Origin: a virus
Lineage: Duplodnaviria; Caudoviricetes
DNA length: 55,433 nucleotides
Direction: 5' to 3' (one strand)
Virus record (IMG/VR): IMGVR_UViG_3300044707_000152
Span: 1 to 55,433 of that record
The notes under the pieces were generated by a model. It searched no databases. It saw only the letters and a list, made by a program, of their open reading frames with translations, and was not told the DNA's origin. Below are positions 8,459 through 18,189 of the stretch, one piece after another (within the stretch, counting starts at the first letter, position 1; each line of letters opens with the position of its first letter). A program made the position numbers and the translations under genes.

Positions 8459-10296
8459 GTCTCATCAAAGCAAACGCAGTCCAAGTAGGACAATCACCGA
8501 CAGCAACGCAGAACTTTACTCTGGCAGTGCCATCGTCACCAGACGGCACGATTAAGCTGGCACGGGGCAATGCTGGCGCAACTACGCAGGATGTGTTGAA
8601 TGTAGATGCAAATGGAAATATCAATGGTCTTGTTAAATCTACTAACAGCACTACGCCTCGATCACTATCCAATCGCTTCACAGATATAGTCAATGTGTTG
8701 GATTATGGGGCCGATCCTACTGGTGTAACTGACTCATTTCCAGCTTTTGTTGCGGCATTAAATTCTACTGGAACAACAATTCTTGTTCCAAATGGAACAT
8801 ATACAATATCAAGCAATGCACTTGGATCAGTTTCAAAATGGTGGGTTTTTTCACAAAATGCCACACTAATAACAAATGAAGTTCCAGCACCGGGATTTAA
8901 ACCAACTGGTCAATTTTATGGAAAGGTAATTCCTGCTCGTCCATACGGGCCTTTTTGCATTGCAAATCCATCTTCAGTATCAACAATTGCTGGAGAAGCA
9001 ACTGGATTACGAGTTTCAAATAATCAATTTCCAGAATTAACTCCAGCAGCAAATGATAGAGTTCTTGCAAGTTTTACAGTAAATAATGAAAATTTACCAA
9101 TCGGATCATCATCTGTTTGGGGATTAAATATAGTATCTAACCAAATAGCAGGTCAACCAGAATGCAGAATAATTGGTGCTGAAATTGAAATTGCAAGAAA
9201 TAAAGGAGATAACTCTGATGCAAGTTCAAATCCATATCAAGGATTTGTTTCAACAGGAGTTCAAATTACAGGCAAGGATAGTGGCGCAACAGGAGGAAAA
9301 ACAACTTGTGCAATATCCACATGGGCAAATGACACAACTGGTCAAAAATGGTTTCAAAATGGAATAGCTATTTCCAGAACTACAAAATGGGGTTTATTAT
9401 TTAAACAAAATCCCGATGACTGGAATAGCATTATAGATACTGGAACTTTTTTGGGTGGAAAAACAACAGATGGGAGTTGCATAAGAGTAGAAGGAAATGC
9501 AACAAGCATAATTAGTTCCAGTGGCTCTCATAACCATGTAATTGATTTATCTCAATCACCATCTCCGGGATTTGGTGTTTTTTGCAAAATGCCAACTTAT
9601 GGAAATGTAGTATCATTATTTGCAAATTATGCTGACTACAATAATCACATTTCAGTATCCTCTGGAAATACATCAGCAGCTCAATCTGGAATTATATTTG
9701 AGGATAGGCAAACTTCAAAATGGCACGTTCAAAAATTAAGCGATAATAGATTCAATATTTATGGAGTTTTAAATAATGTATCTCCAGTTTTAATAACTGA
9801 AGGTGGAGAGATGCAAATTGGCGGCAATCTTGTTCCTCAAGTTGATAATAGTGTTAGTTGCGGCAAGTCTGGCAACAGGTGGTCTGCTATATGGGCAGCA
9901 AATGGAACAATTCAAACTTCTGACGAAAGAGAAAAAACAGAAATCAAAGATTCTGAACTTGGATTAGATTTTATTACTTCTCTTCGACCTGTATCATATA
10001 AATTCAAAGTTGGAGAAAATATAGTAGTAGAGAAAGATGAAAATGGTATTCCAACAAAAACAGAATCAAGAATTGGAATTAGAAAGCACTTTGGATTGAT
10101 TGCTCAAGAAGTTAAGACTGCACTACCAAAAGGAGTTGATTTTGGTGGCTGGATTCTTACTGATAAAAATGATCCAGATTCAGAGCAAGGATTGCGTTAC
10201 GAAGAATTTATAGCTCCTCTTATCAAAGCAGTGCAAGAACTTTCTCAAGAAAACGCATTGCTAAAACAAAGAATTGAAGCATTAGAATCCAAATAA
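8455..10296 (+). CDS. Tailspike/fibre with C-terminal intramolecular chaperone (peptidase S74)
   Basis: VNVLDYGADPTG beta-helix start; TSDEREK...LRPVSY...GLIAQEV...LIKAVQEL S74 motifs. Confidence 0.85.
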   Translation: MSLIKANAVQVGQSPTATQNFTLAVPSSPDGTIKLARGNAGATTQDVLNVDANGNINGLVKSTNSTTPRSLSNRFTDIVNVLDYGADPTGVTDSFPAFVAALNSTGTTILVPNGTYTISSNALGSVSKWWVFSQNATLITNEVPAPGFKPTGQFYGKVIPARPYGPFCIANPSSVSTIAGEATGLRVSNNQFPELTPAANDRVLASFTVNNENLPIGSSSVWGLNIVSNQIAGQPECRIIGAEIEIARNKGDNSDASSNPYQGFVSTGVQITGKDSGATGGKTTCAISTWANDTTGQKWFQNGIAISRTTKWGLLFKQNPDDWNSIIDTGTFLGGKTTDGSCIRVEGNATSIISSSGSHNHVIDLSQSPSPGFGVFCKMPTYGNVVSLFANYADYNNHISVSSGNTSAAQSGIIFEDRQTSKWHVQKLSDNRFNIYGVLNNVSPVLITEGGEMQIGGNLVPQVDNSVSCGKSGNRWSAIWAANGTIQTSDEREKTEIKDSELGLDFITSLRPVSYKFKVGENIVVEKDENGIPTKTESRIGIRKHFGLIAQEVKTALPKGVDFGGWILTDKNDPDSEQGLRYEEFIAPLIKAVQELSQENALLKQRIEALESK

Positions 10297-10298
10297 CT

Positions 10299-11948
10299 AT
10301 GAGCGCAAACATTAAAGCATCCACAGACGGAACACAGGCAATTATCGGCGTAGGTGGCGTTGACCAAATGACTGTGAGCAATACTGGCGTAGTGACGGCA
10401 AACAGCTTTGTAGGGCTAAATAGCTCCAGCGTGACGGCAACTGGATCGACTACGGCAAGGACATTGGCAAATAGGTTCGCTGATATAGTCAATGTGAAAG
10501 ACTTTGGCGCGGTTGGTGATGGCGTTGCAGATGATACTACTGCACTTCAAGCTGCTATTAATACTATTGGGGTAAATGGTGGGTCAATTTTTATTCCAAA
10601 AGGAATATTTTTAATAAACTCAACATTAAATATAAACAATAAATCTATAACAATTTCTGGAGAGGCTACTCATCTAACTGAAATTAGATTTGGATCAAGT
10701 GTTGTTAATGGATTTGTATGGTATGGAGGAACACCAAGCACAAATCTATCTAAAAAAATTGAAATTAAAAAATTAACAATTAGCACAAATAATCGTTCTG
10801 GTGCTGGAACTGCTCTTACTATTTCAACAGATGGATTAGGTTTTCCCGGCCCAACAGCTCTTATTTCAGAAATTAGAATAAGGTTTGAAAATAATGGCTC
10901 AGATTATTATGGATTTTACGAACCAATAGGTTATTGGACTACTGGAATATTGTTTGATAAAGTAGGAGAAGTTATTGTAGAAAAATCACTTATTGTAGGT
11001 AGAAATTCTCCGGGTGAATTTGGAATATTTGAACTTGATTCTGGAATTAAAATTACTGGAACAGCAGATGCTCCGGTTGTGTATTCGATAACAGATACAT
11101 CAATTGGTTCTTGCGATAAAGGGGTTTATGTTGTAGATACATCTGCTGAAGGATTGTATTTTACCGGATGCACGATTGGTGGTGCAAACTACGGAATATA
11201 CTGGGATACTCCACAAGATGAACTTCAAATTGCATGGTCAAATGGTCATATTTCATCCAGAAAAGCTGCATTCAACTTAAAATCATTGAGTGCATTTACA
11301 ATTTCAAATTCATTTTTTGAATCTGGATTTACCCCCGGTGGGCGTAAAGATAGTTGGTCTTGTTTGCTGACAGATACAGTGTCAGCTCTTCAATTGTCAA
11401 CATTTAATGGAAATGCTGTTTTTGGTTTTGGAACATCAACAAATAATTGGAGTCCATTTAATACAATTACATCAACGGGAGTTGAAATTACAGGTGGGGG
11501 ATTAGTAAATATTGTTGGAAATACATTTTACTCATTGTCATATGGAATTAAAATAGACGGATTAACAGTTGGTAAAAGTTCTGCTACTTCAAATTTATTT
11601 CATCAAGTTACAAATGAATATGATGATGGTAAAATTGGACAAAATTTTGGATACAAAAATATTTCAAGAACAAATGGTTATCTTGATTTACCAAATACAA
11701 CAAGAACAGTATTTGGAAGCGAAGTATTAACATTTGATGCTCTTGGTCAATGTATTAAAATATTGGACAGACCATTTAATGGGCAAATTAGTTCTGTTGT
11801 ATGCACATACCATGAACCACAACCATTAGGAGAAAGTATTTATATTGCAATAAACAACACAACAACAACGCAAATATGGTTTCAAATGACTCCAGCACCC
11901 GGTTCTACTGTAACAAGAAGAATTGGTTATTATGCAATAGGTCAATAA
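10299..11948 (+). CDS. Tailspike, pectate-lyase-like beta-helix
   Basis: VNVKDFGAVGDGVADDTTALQAAIN...IFIPKG. Confidence 0.85.
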   Translation: MSANIKASTDGTQAIIGVGGVDQMTVSNTGVVTANSFVGLNSSSVTATGSTTARTLANRFADIVNVKDFGAVGDGVADDTTALQAAINTIGVNGGSIFIPKGIFLINSTLNINNKSITISGEATHLTEIRFGSSVVNGFVWYGGTPSTNLSKKIEIKKLTISTNNRSGAGTALTISTDGLGFPGPTALISEIRIRFENNGSDYYGFYEPIGYWTTGILFDKVGEVIVEKSLIVGRNSPGEFGIFELDSGIKITGTADAPVVYSITDTSIGSCDKGVYVVDTSAEGLYFTGCTIGGANYGIYWDTPQDELQIAWSNGHISSRKAAFNLKSLSAFTISNSFFESGFTPGGRKDSWSCLLTDTVSALQLSTFNGNAVFGFGTSTNNWSPFNTITSTGVEITGGGLVNIVGNTFYSLSYGIKIDGLTVGKSSATSNLFHQVTNEYDDGKIGQNFGYKNISRTNGYLDLPNTTRTVFGSEVLTFDALGQCIKILDRPFNGQISSVVCTYHEPQPLGESIYIAINNTTTTQIWFQMTPAPGSTVTRRIGYYAIGQ

Positions 11949-11968
11949 ATTAAAACAAACAATAAAAT

Positions 11969-12223
11969 ATGGCACTTAAATTAACAAAAACAACTGAAAC
12001 TGGATTCACCTCAAATGACGCATATCATAGAGTTGAAAATACTGCAATATACTCCAAAAATAAAATGGCATTTGTTGTAAAAATTTACAATGATACAAAT
12101 AAAGAATCCTTTGATGCAAAAACATTTACTTGCGAATATGACCTTAACGGAGAAAACCCAATCAAGCAAGCATATCTTCATCTCAAAACATTGCCAGAAT
12201 TTGATGGCGCAGTAGATTGCTAA
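11969..12223 (+). CDS. Tail-fibre-associated small protein
   Basis: C-terminal QAYLHLKTLPEFDGAVDC motif, typical of small genes following tailspikes. Confidence 0.65.
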   Translation: MALKLTKTTETGFTSNDAYHRVENTAIYSKNKMAFVVKIYNDTNKESFDAKTFTCEYDLNGENPIKQAYLHLKTLPEFDGAVDC

Positions 12224-12227
12224 TCCT

Positions 12228-12938
12228 ATGAGCTACTGCACACCTTGCCCACCTTGCGATTCCGAGTTTCCATTACTCTGTGAACCACTCGAAACAACTG
12301 CCAATGGCAAACGATTGGTAGTAGAAGACTCCGCTGCTTGTCAGAAAACGATTCAGTCTCCAGTTGCCCAGCAAGTATTGAAGACTGATGGTGCTGGAAA
12401 TCTGACTTGGACAAACGGGGCTAACAGCACTGTTCTTGGAAAAGACTCTACAGGACTGCTTGAGTTTGCTACGCTCAATAGTGTTCTTCAAGCCGGGCCT
12501 ATTGATCTTGGTAGCCAACCATTGACTACAACTGGAGCAGTAAGCGCAGGTTCTATTACTTCTACTGGAGATGTTGGTATTGGAACAACTACACCTACAG
12601 AAAAACTTGACGTAAATGGACGCATTATAACGAAAGCGTTGTTAGTTAATGCCACAACAGGAGAAGGATACATAGAAGTTGGCGGCCCAACAGGAGCCTT
12701 TATTGATTTAAAATCCCCATATTCCGATGATATTGATCTTCGTCTTGGAACAAATGGAACTGGTGGATATATTTCAACAAGTGGAAATGGTGTGATATTT
12801 TTATTTCCCGGTGGAAGTGGATGTGTTCAAATTGGAAATATTCGAACATACGCAGACAATGCAGCAGCAGTTACTGGCGGTCTTGCTGTAAATAGCGTTT
12901 ACAAAACTGTAACTGGTGAGCTTCGTATTGTTGTATAA
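12228..12938 (+). CDS. Short tail fibre-like protein
   Basis: CTPCPPC N-terminus, VGIGTTTPTEKLDVNG repeat, YADNAAA...VYKT..GELRIV C-terminus. Confidence 0.65.
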   Translation: MSYCTPCPPCDSEFPLLCEPLETTANGKRLVVEDSAACQKTIQSPVAQQVLKTDGAGNLTWTNGANSTVLGKDSTGLLEFATLNSVLQAGPIDLGSQPLTTTGAVSAGSITSTGDVGIGTTTPTEKLDVNGRIITKALLVNATTGEGYIEVGGPTGAFIDLKSPYSDDIDLRLGTNGTGGYISTSGNGVIFLFPGGSGCVQIGNIRTYADNAAAVTGGLAVNSVYKTVTGELRIVV

Positions 12939-14932
12939 TGCCAGCAGAAGGATCAGTCTTTGATGGATTCACAAGTATCATCGCGCAAGACGCAGATACT
13001 CATCCATCGTATTTACCAGAGTCTGTAGTATCAGAATCAGTAAATAGGACATTCCGAGGTGGTATCAACAGGACAAGGCCAAGTATTCGGAACATTCCGA
13101 TTATCGCGGGAGACGGAGAAGCCGAGACTATCGTTAACGATATTCTTGGTGGTAGCTTCCAAGGTGCGTATCCATATCGGGCGACTAACTTCAGAACGAG
13201 CGATGGTATTCTGTTATCTGTATCTGGGATTATCTACTTCCTCAAGATCGTAAACAATCGCGCATTTGCCTACAAGATTATCGAAGGCAACGATCCGGGT
13301 ATGATGCACACATTCTTCGTGCAAGCCGAAGATCGGGCGTATATCCAAAACGGCTACCAAAATGCCATAGCATGGGATGGAGTATTGGGAACGCTGACTG
13401 CAAGTGAAATCCAGAACGGAGACTACTGCGAGATTGTGTCAGTTGGGACTACAAACTTCATGCTGATCGGCGCACCATCCAATACAGTTGGAGTTAAGTT
13501 CACAGCAACTGGTGCTGGAGTTGGGACTGGCACAGTTAAACTTCCTGCTTATCGTTTGAATCCCTACCTCGCCAAGATGCCAATTGGGACTGTAATGGAA
13601 TACGCTTTCGGAAGAGTCTTTGTTTCTGATAGGTTCAATCAAATATACGCTTCAGATATTATCTATGGCGGTGGGTTTACTGACACCAAGAATACGGAGA
13701 ACTTCACAGAGATAGGATACTGGGCAGAAGGTGGGGCTTTCTCGACTCCAGCCATGATGGGAAACATCACAGGGATGAAGGTCATGCCAGAGCTAGGCTA
13801 CAACCTTCGCGGCCAAGGTCAGCTTGTAGTGCTTACTGGAAACGGAGCATTCTCAATGGATGTCTCTCTACCAAGGTCACAATGGAACACATCAAACATC
13901 CAGCGTATCTCACTCCTTGGGCGCGGATGCACCAGCCCTAATCTTGCATTGGTAAACTCCGAACTTTGGTTCAGATCACACGATGGTTGGGCGTTCTATT
14001 CCAATACTCAATCCGAGTTCAATAGATACTTCTCCCTTCGTAAACTATCAAGGGATGTGAACAAGTGGGTATCAAATGATACCCCGTGGATGAAGCAATT
14101 CGCTTCGACTATCTTTTTCGACAACTACCTAATCAATACTGTCTCGCCACAGACATACCGCGCAGAAGGCGTAGAGGGACTGAACAGGTTTCATAGGGGC
14201 ATGGTTGTTCTCGACCTCGACCAATCCTCAACTCCAGCACCGGACGCACAACTATCATTCCGCTGGAATGGAGTATGGACGGGAATCAGGCCAACCCAAC
14301 TTCTAACTGCACTGATCCAAGGCGAAAAGCGGGGATTCGGATTCTCATTCGACAAAGACAACAAGAACCGACTCTACGAGTTCACCACAGCACAAGGCGA
14401 TGACTACGGGCCGAATGGAACTAGACAGATTGAATCCTTCTTCACAACTGGAAGGTATGACTTCAACCGAAGCGGGGCTACAAACAAGTTCCTCCGTAAA
14501 AAGATTACTGGTGGAGAAATGTGGATGAGTGAGATTAAAGGTGAAGTAGATAGCTACGTCGATTTCCGCGCCGACTCTAACCCTTGCTGGTCACAACTCA
14601 AAGTGCCTACGACATTCGGGTGCGATCCATGCTCACCAGTAGTAACTGAATGCTTCCCACAGCGAGGCGGTAATCGCTACAAACGCTACAAGTTTAACAC
14701 GCCAGACCCAAGTGAGTGCAATGACTTGGCAGGCATCCCATCAGTAGAGGGAAGTGAATTCCAGATCAAAGTCAACCTAACCGGAGCAGCTACAGTTGAC
14801 CGAGTAAGATTGATGGCAAACATTAAGAACAACGACGACTCTCCGGTTGGCGACTGCCCAGAAGAAAACCAAGAGTGTGAACCATTTTTGTGTTGCCAAG
14901 AAAAATATTGGAACTACAATATCGTGAATTAA
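12938..14932 (+). CDS. Tail tubular/nozzle protein (podovirus stabilisation-protein-like)
   Basis: 664 aa beta-propeller-like (FGRVFV...IYASD, GCTSP); size and position. Confidence 0.65.
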   Translation: MPAEGSVFDGFTSIIAQDADTHPSYLPESVVSESVNRTFRGGINRTRPSIRNIPIIAGDGEAETIVNDILGGSFQGAYPYRATNFRTSDGILLSVSGIIYFLKIVNNRAFAYKIIEGNDPGMMHTFFVQAEDRAYIQNGYQNAIAWDGVLGTLTASEIQNGDYCEIVSVGTTNFMLIGAPSNTVGVKFTATGAGVGTGTVKLPAYRLNPYLAKMPIGTVMEYAFGRVFVSDRFNQIYASDIIYGGGFTDTKNTENFTEIGYWAEGGAFSTPAMMGNITGMKVMPELGYNLRGQGQLVVLTGNGAFSMDVSLPRSQWNTSNIQRISLLGRGCTSPNLALVNSELWFRSHDGWAFYSNTQSEFNRYFSLRKLSRDVNKWVSNDTPWMKQFASTIFFDNYLINTVSPQTYRAEGVEGLNRFHRGMVVLDLDQSSTPAPDAQLSFRWNGVWTGIRPTQLLTALIQGEKRGFGFSFDKDNKNRLYEFTTAQGDDYGPNGTRQIESFFTTGRYDFNRSGATNKFLRKKITGGEMWMSEIKGEVDSYVDFRADSNPCWSQLKVPTTFGCDPCSPVVTECFPQRGGNRYKRYKFNTPDPSECNDLAGIPSVEGSEFQIKVNLTGAATVDRVRLMANIKNNDDSPVGDCPEENQECEPFLCCQEKYWNYNIVN

Positions 14933-14936
14933 TATA

Positions 14937-15458
14937 ATGGACAATCAATCTTCGTCTCCAGCACTTACGTTTCCAAATGTTCCAGATGACTTCTGTCCAA
15001 CTGGTAACTGGCAAAATGTATTTCAACAATTCATTGATGAGGTTCTTACTAACGGAACTATCAATGTGCCGGGATTGGGCGATGTAACTCCAGCGCAAGT
15101 TGCTCAAATCAACGAAGACCTTGCTGACCAACAGAGTCAGATTAGCGCACTTGATACGCGAGTCGATACATTGGAAACAACTGTTGCTACAATTCCTACT
15201 GTCAAAGTTCGTTACGGAACGCAAACAGGAATTGCGGCTGGAGACACAACATCTATTGGAATTACATTTAGTTCCGCTCTCCCGTCTGCTGTTTATGGGA
15301 TTTCGTTGACTCCTATCTATGGTTCTGGAACTCCAGCATCAACTCCTCTTTACACAATTATTTCCCAAAACGCATCAGGATTTACAATTCGCGTTGATAA
15401 CAACATCGCAGAAATTACGAGCTTGAACTGGATGGCAGTTCATTCTTCGCAACCATAA
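14937..15458 (+). CDS. Tail protein with short coiled coil and H-type-lectin-like C-terminus
   Basis: ISALDTRVDTLE coiled coil; ITFSSA...GFTI...LNWMAV. Confidence 0.55.
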   Translation: MDNQSSSPALTFPNVPDDFCPTGNWQNVFQQFIDEVLTNGTINVPGLGDVTPAQVAQINEDLADQQSQISALDTRVDTLETTVATIPTVKVRYGTQTGIAAGDTTSIGITFSSALPSAVYGISLTPIYGSGTPASTPLYTIISQNASGFTIRVDNNIAEITSLNWMAVHSSQP

Positions 15459-15481
15459 GCCATCACAAAGAAAATAAACAT

Positions 15482-15646
15482 ATGACACCACTAAAAGGAA
15501 CAGACCCACGCTTAGTTTCAGGCGGCTCACCAACTCGCGGCATGATCCGTGAAGGTATGGGCAATATGAACCCGCCTAACACTGGCAAGAATCCATACTC
15601 CAGCGCACCGCTTCCTAAATCTGGAAAGCCCGTTGGCGGAAAATAA
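15482..15646 (+). CDS. Small Gly/Pro-rich basic protein (54 aa); not in the ORF track
   Basis: MTPLKGTDPRLVSGGSPTRG...GKPVGGK; A-rich leader; fills the gap between genes. Confidence 0.6.
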   Translation: MTPLKGTDPRLVSGGSPTRGMIREGMGNMNPPNTGKNPYSSAPLPKSGKPVGGK

Positions 15647-15667
15647 TTATCGGAAACGATAATCCCT

Positions 15668-16630
15668 ATGGCTGATACCCTCGAAGAGATGGTAGAGCTT
15701 GTGAAGGGTTTCTGCGGAGACTCTGGAACTTGCTCGTATGAGCGCGGAGTCAAGGCTGTTAATCAAGCTCGTAGATTGTTGTGGAATAAAAGAGGCTGGA
15801 CAAGCATAGAAGAGTATGTCCAGATTTGCTGCGTGAACGATTGCTTCACGCTTCCAGCCCGTTATGAGCAAATCAAACTTGCTTGGATTGGAGATGACTC
15901 AGCCAGTCTCGGGGATGAGTGGTTTAATGCGACCAACGCTTTTGCTCTTCAAGCAGGGAACTCATGCCATAGAGGAATCGTAGAAGTAGGAGGACTCCAT
16001 GTTCTCTTCCGAGATTATACTACTCATCCATACCAAATCGGGGTAATGGCCGAGGAAGCTGAAGACATCGGAGTGGAGTTGATGTTTGAAGCACAAGACC
16101 AGTATGACACCTACCACAAGGTTAAGGTAACTACTGCAAATCCTCCAACGCTGGCAAAGTCTGATCTCCTTGTGAAAGGGATTCGGTCAGTAACCAAGCC
16201 AATTACTAAAGGTAGGATTCGCGTGTATGCCTACGATACAGCATTGGAAGCAAAGACGCTGATAGCAATCTATCAACCCAACGATGCTCATCCTACATTC
16301 CGTAGGTTCAAAGCACCAAGGACTTGCGAGTGTATCACGCTTTACGCATCGAAGAAATACTTTGATTTGACCGACCCGAAAGAGTTGGTTGAGTTTATTC
16401 CAGATGCAATGATCTATGCTGTGCTTGCATTGAACTCGCGTGAGAATCGCAAGGCGCAAGAGTTCTTGAGTAACCTGTCGCTTGCTGTGCAGGAGCAAGA
16501 GAAGGAGATGGAAGGCTTAGAAATTCCAACTTGCGCTCCATTGCGGATAGCAAACTATAGTCGGGCAGACAACCTAATCGGTGCTGATATATTGTCACCA
16601 ACGCCAAACGATTATTTCCTCTACCGATGA
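15668..16630 (+). CDS. Tail tubular protein A / head-tail adaptor-like
   Basis: 320 aa; AVNQARRLL...CFTLPARYEQI; position in the tail module. Confidence 0.55.
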   Translation: MADTLEEMVELVKGFCGDSGTCSYERGVKAVNQARRLLWNKRGWTSIEEYVQICCVNDCFTLPARYEQIKLAWIGDDSASLGDEWFNATNAFALQAGNSCHRGIVEVGGLHVLFRDYTTHPYQIGVMAEEAEDIGVELMFEAQDQYDTYHKVKVTTANPPTLAKSDLLVKGIRSVTKPITKGRIRVYAYDTALEAKTLIAIYQPNDAHPTFRRFKAPRTCECITLYASKKYFDLTDPKELVEFIPDAMIYAVLALNSRENRKAQEFLSNLSLAVQEQEKEMEGLEIPTCAPLRIANYSRADNLIGADILSPTPNDYFLYR

Positions 16631-17085
16631 CGCTGACAATTCCAGACAAGATTGAAGCAAAGAGCGTAATTGGATATGGTGATCCAAACTACGAACTAAA
16701 CTTGATGGACTTGGAGATTCTAAAACTACCTCCACGGGAATGTCCGCTGGTGCATAGGTTCACGCCGGGTATGTATATTCGGGAAATCTATATGCCGAAG
16801 GATACGATTCTGACAAGTTTGCTTCACCTAACTACGCATCCATTCTTCGTGATGAAAGGTGATGTGACTGTCTGGTATCATGGCATCCCTGCCCACCGCT
16901 ACAAAACAGGCTACAGCGGCATCACAGAAGCAGGAACAAGGCGATTGCTGGCTACTCACAAAGACACAATCTGGACTACCTGCCATGTCACAGACTTAAC
17001 TGATCCAGACGAAATTATTGACAGCATCACTTCAAGAGACTTTAATCGCCAAGGAAGACCCAAGGGTGCAGAAGTGGCGGCATAA
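16627..17085 (+). CDS. Cupin-fold protein (C-terminus possibly frameshifted)
   Basis: HRFTPGMYIREIYMP...H...H...GD...GTRR...DTIWTTCH, a phage cupin typically found before internal virion genes. Confidence 0.7.
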   Translation: MTLTIPDKIEAKSVIGYGDPNYELNLMDLEILKLPPRECPLVHRFTPGMYIREIYMPKDTILTSLLHLTTHPFFVMKGDVTVWYHGIPAHRYKTGYSGITEAGTRRLLATHKDTIWTTCHVTDLTDPDEIIDSITSRDFNRQGRPKGAEVAA

Positions 17086-17103
17086 CCGAACCGACTTAAT
17101 CAA

Positions 17104-18177
17104 ATGAGATCTTTTGAACATTTAGAAAACTTGTTTCGCAATAAACATCCAATGATGTTTCACTCCAGCGGATTCGCTATTGCTGCTGGTGTGGTTGCTG
17201 TAGGTGCGGCGGCGGGTTCTGCGGCTATCTCAATGTCGGCAGCAGATCGAGCCAAGAAAGCTCAGGGTGCAGCTTCAAAACAATTTCAAAAACAACAAAG
17301 GAAAGCTACCAAAGGTTTTCTTAAAGGACAAGAACAAGTCCAAGGGATGATTAGTGAAGTCAAAGCTCCAGAGTATAACCTTGGAGCAATGCTTGGTGAT
17401 GCTGGTCAAATTTCAAATTACTATCGTCAACAACTTGAGCAATTCCAGCCCGGAGCAGCACAGCAACGCCAACAAGCGCAAACTCAAATCGGGCAAGCAA
17501 TGGATGTTATTTCACAATATCTTAAAGGAGATATTCCCCAAGATGTCAAAGACCAAATCACGCGCAATGTTGCTGAGAGTGCAGGCGCAGGATTCAACCC
17601 AGCAACAGCAGGACGCGCTGGAGGATTCCAAGCAGCACAAGGGCAGATGGCGCGTAACCTTGGGCTAACTTCACTTGATATTCAAAGACAAGGTTTGGCA
17701 GCAATGCCAGCAGTTCAAAACACAGCAATGAACTGGCAGCAATTGGCAAGGGCATTCACAGCAGAACCACTCGATGTAGGAAGACTGCAACTTGGATTCC
17801 AAGGTGCGGCAGCAGAAGTCGGATTGCAAAAAGCTAAGATGACATCTGATATGTTCACCAACATCTACAATGCTCAGTCTGGTCTTGCCTCACAAATCTA
17901 CGGAGCGAATAAAGAAAACATCGCCGCAAGCTACGCTGCACAGCAAGCAGTCGGCCAAGGTGTCTCTGACATCGGTAAGGCTACTTCTGGCGCGTTGTCT
18001 GGATATAGCAATGTTCTTGCTGGATTCTCTTATGGTGGACAATCGGGAAATCCATACGGAACAGGACTTGGATCAACACCGCTTTACAATACACCGCGAA
18101 CAACAAGCGGAACTTATTTAGGCGGCAGTCCAGCTACAGGTTCAATGAGCGACAGGCCAGTTGCACTTCCAACATAA
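17104..18177 (+). CDS. Internal virion / DNA-ejection protein
   Basis: Ala/Gln/Gly-rich with hydrophobic N-terminal AIAAGVVAVGAAAG; pilot-protein-like. Confidence 0.6.
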   Translation: MRSFEHLENLFRNKHPMMFHSSGFAIAAGVVAVGAAAGSAAISMSAADRAKKAQGAASKQFQKQQRKATKGFLKGQEQVQGMISEVKAPEYNLGAMLGDAGQISNYYRQQLEQFQPGAAQQRQQAQTQIGQAMDVISQYLKGDIPQDVKDQITRNVAESAGAGFNPATAGRAGGFQAAQGQMARNLGLTSLDIQRQGLAAMPAVQNTAMNWQQLARAFTAEPLDVGRLQLGFQGAAAEVGLQKAKMTSDMFTNIYNAQSGLASQIYGANKENIAASYAAQQAVGQGVSDIGKATSGALSGYSNVLAGFSYGGQSGNPYGTGLGSTPLYNTPRTTSGTYLGGSPATGSMSDRPVALPT

Positions 18178-18189
18178 CATTTTATTACT

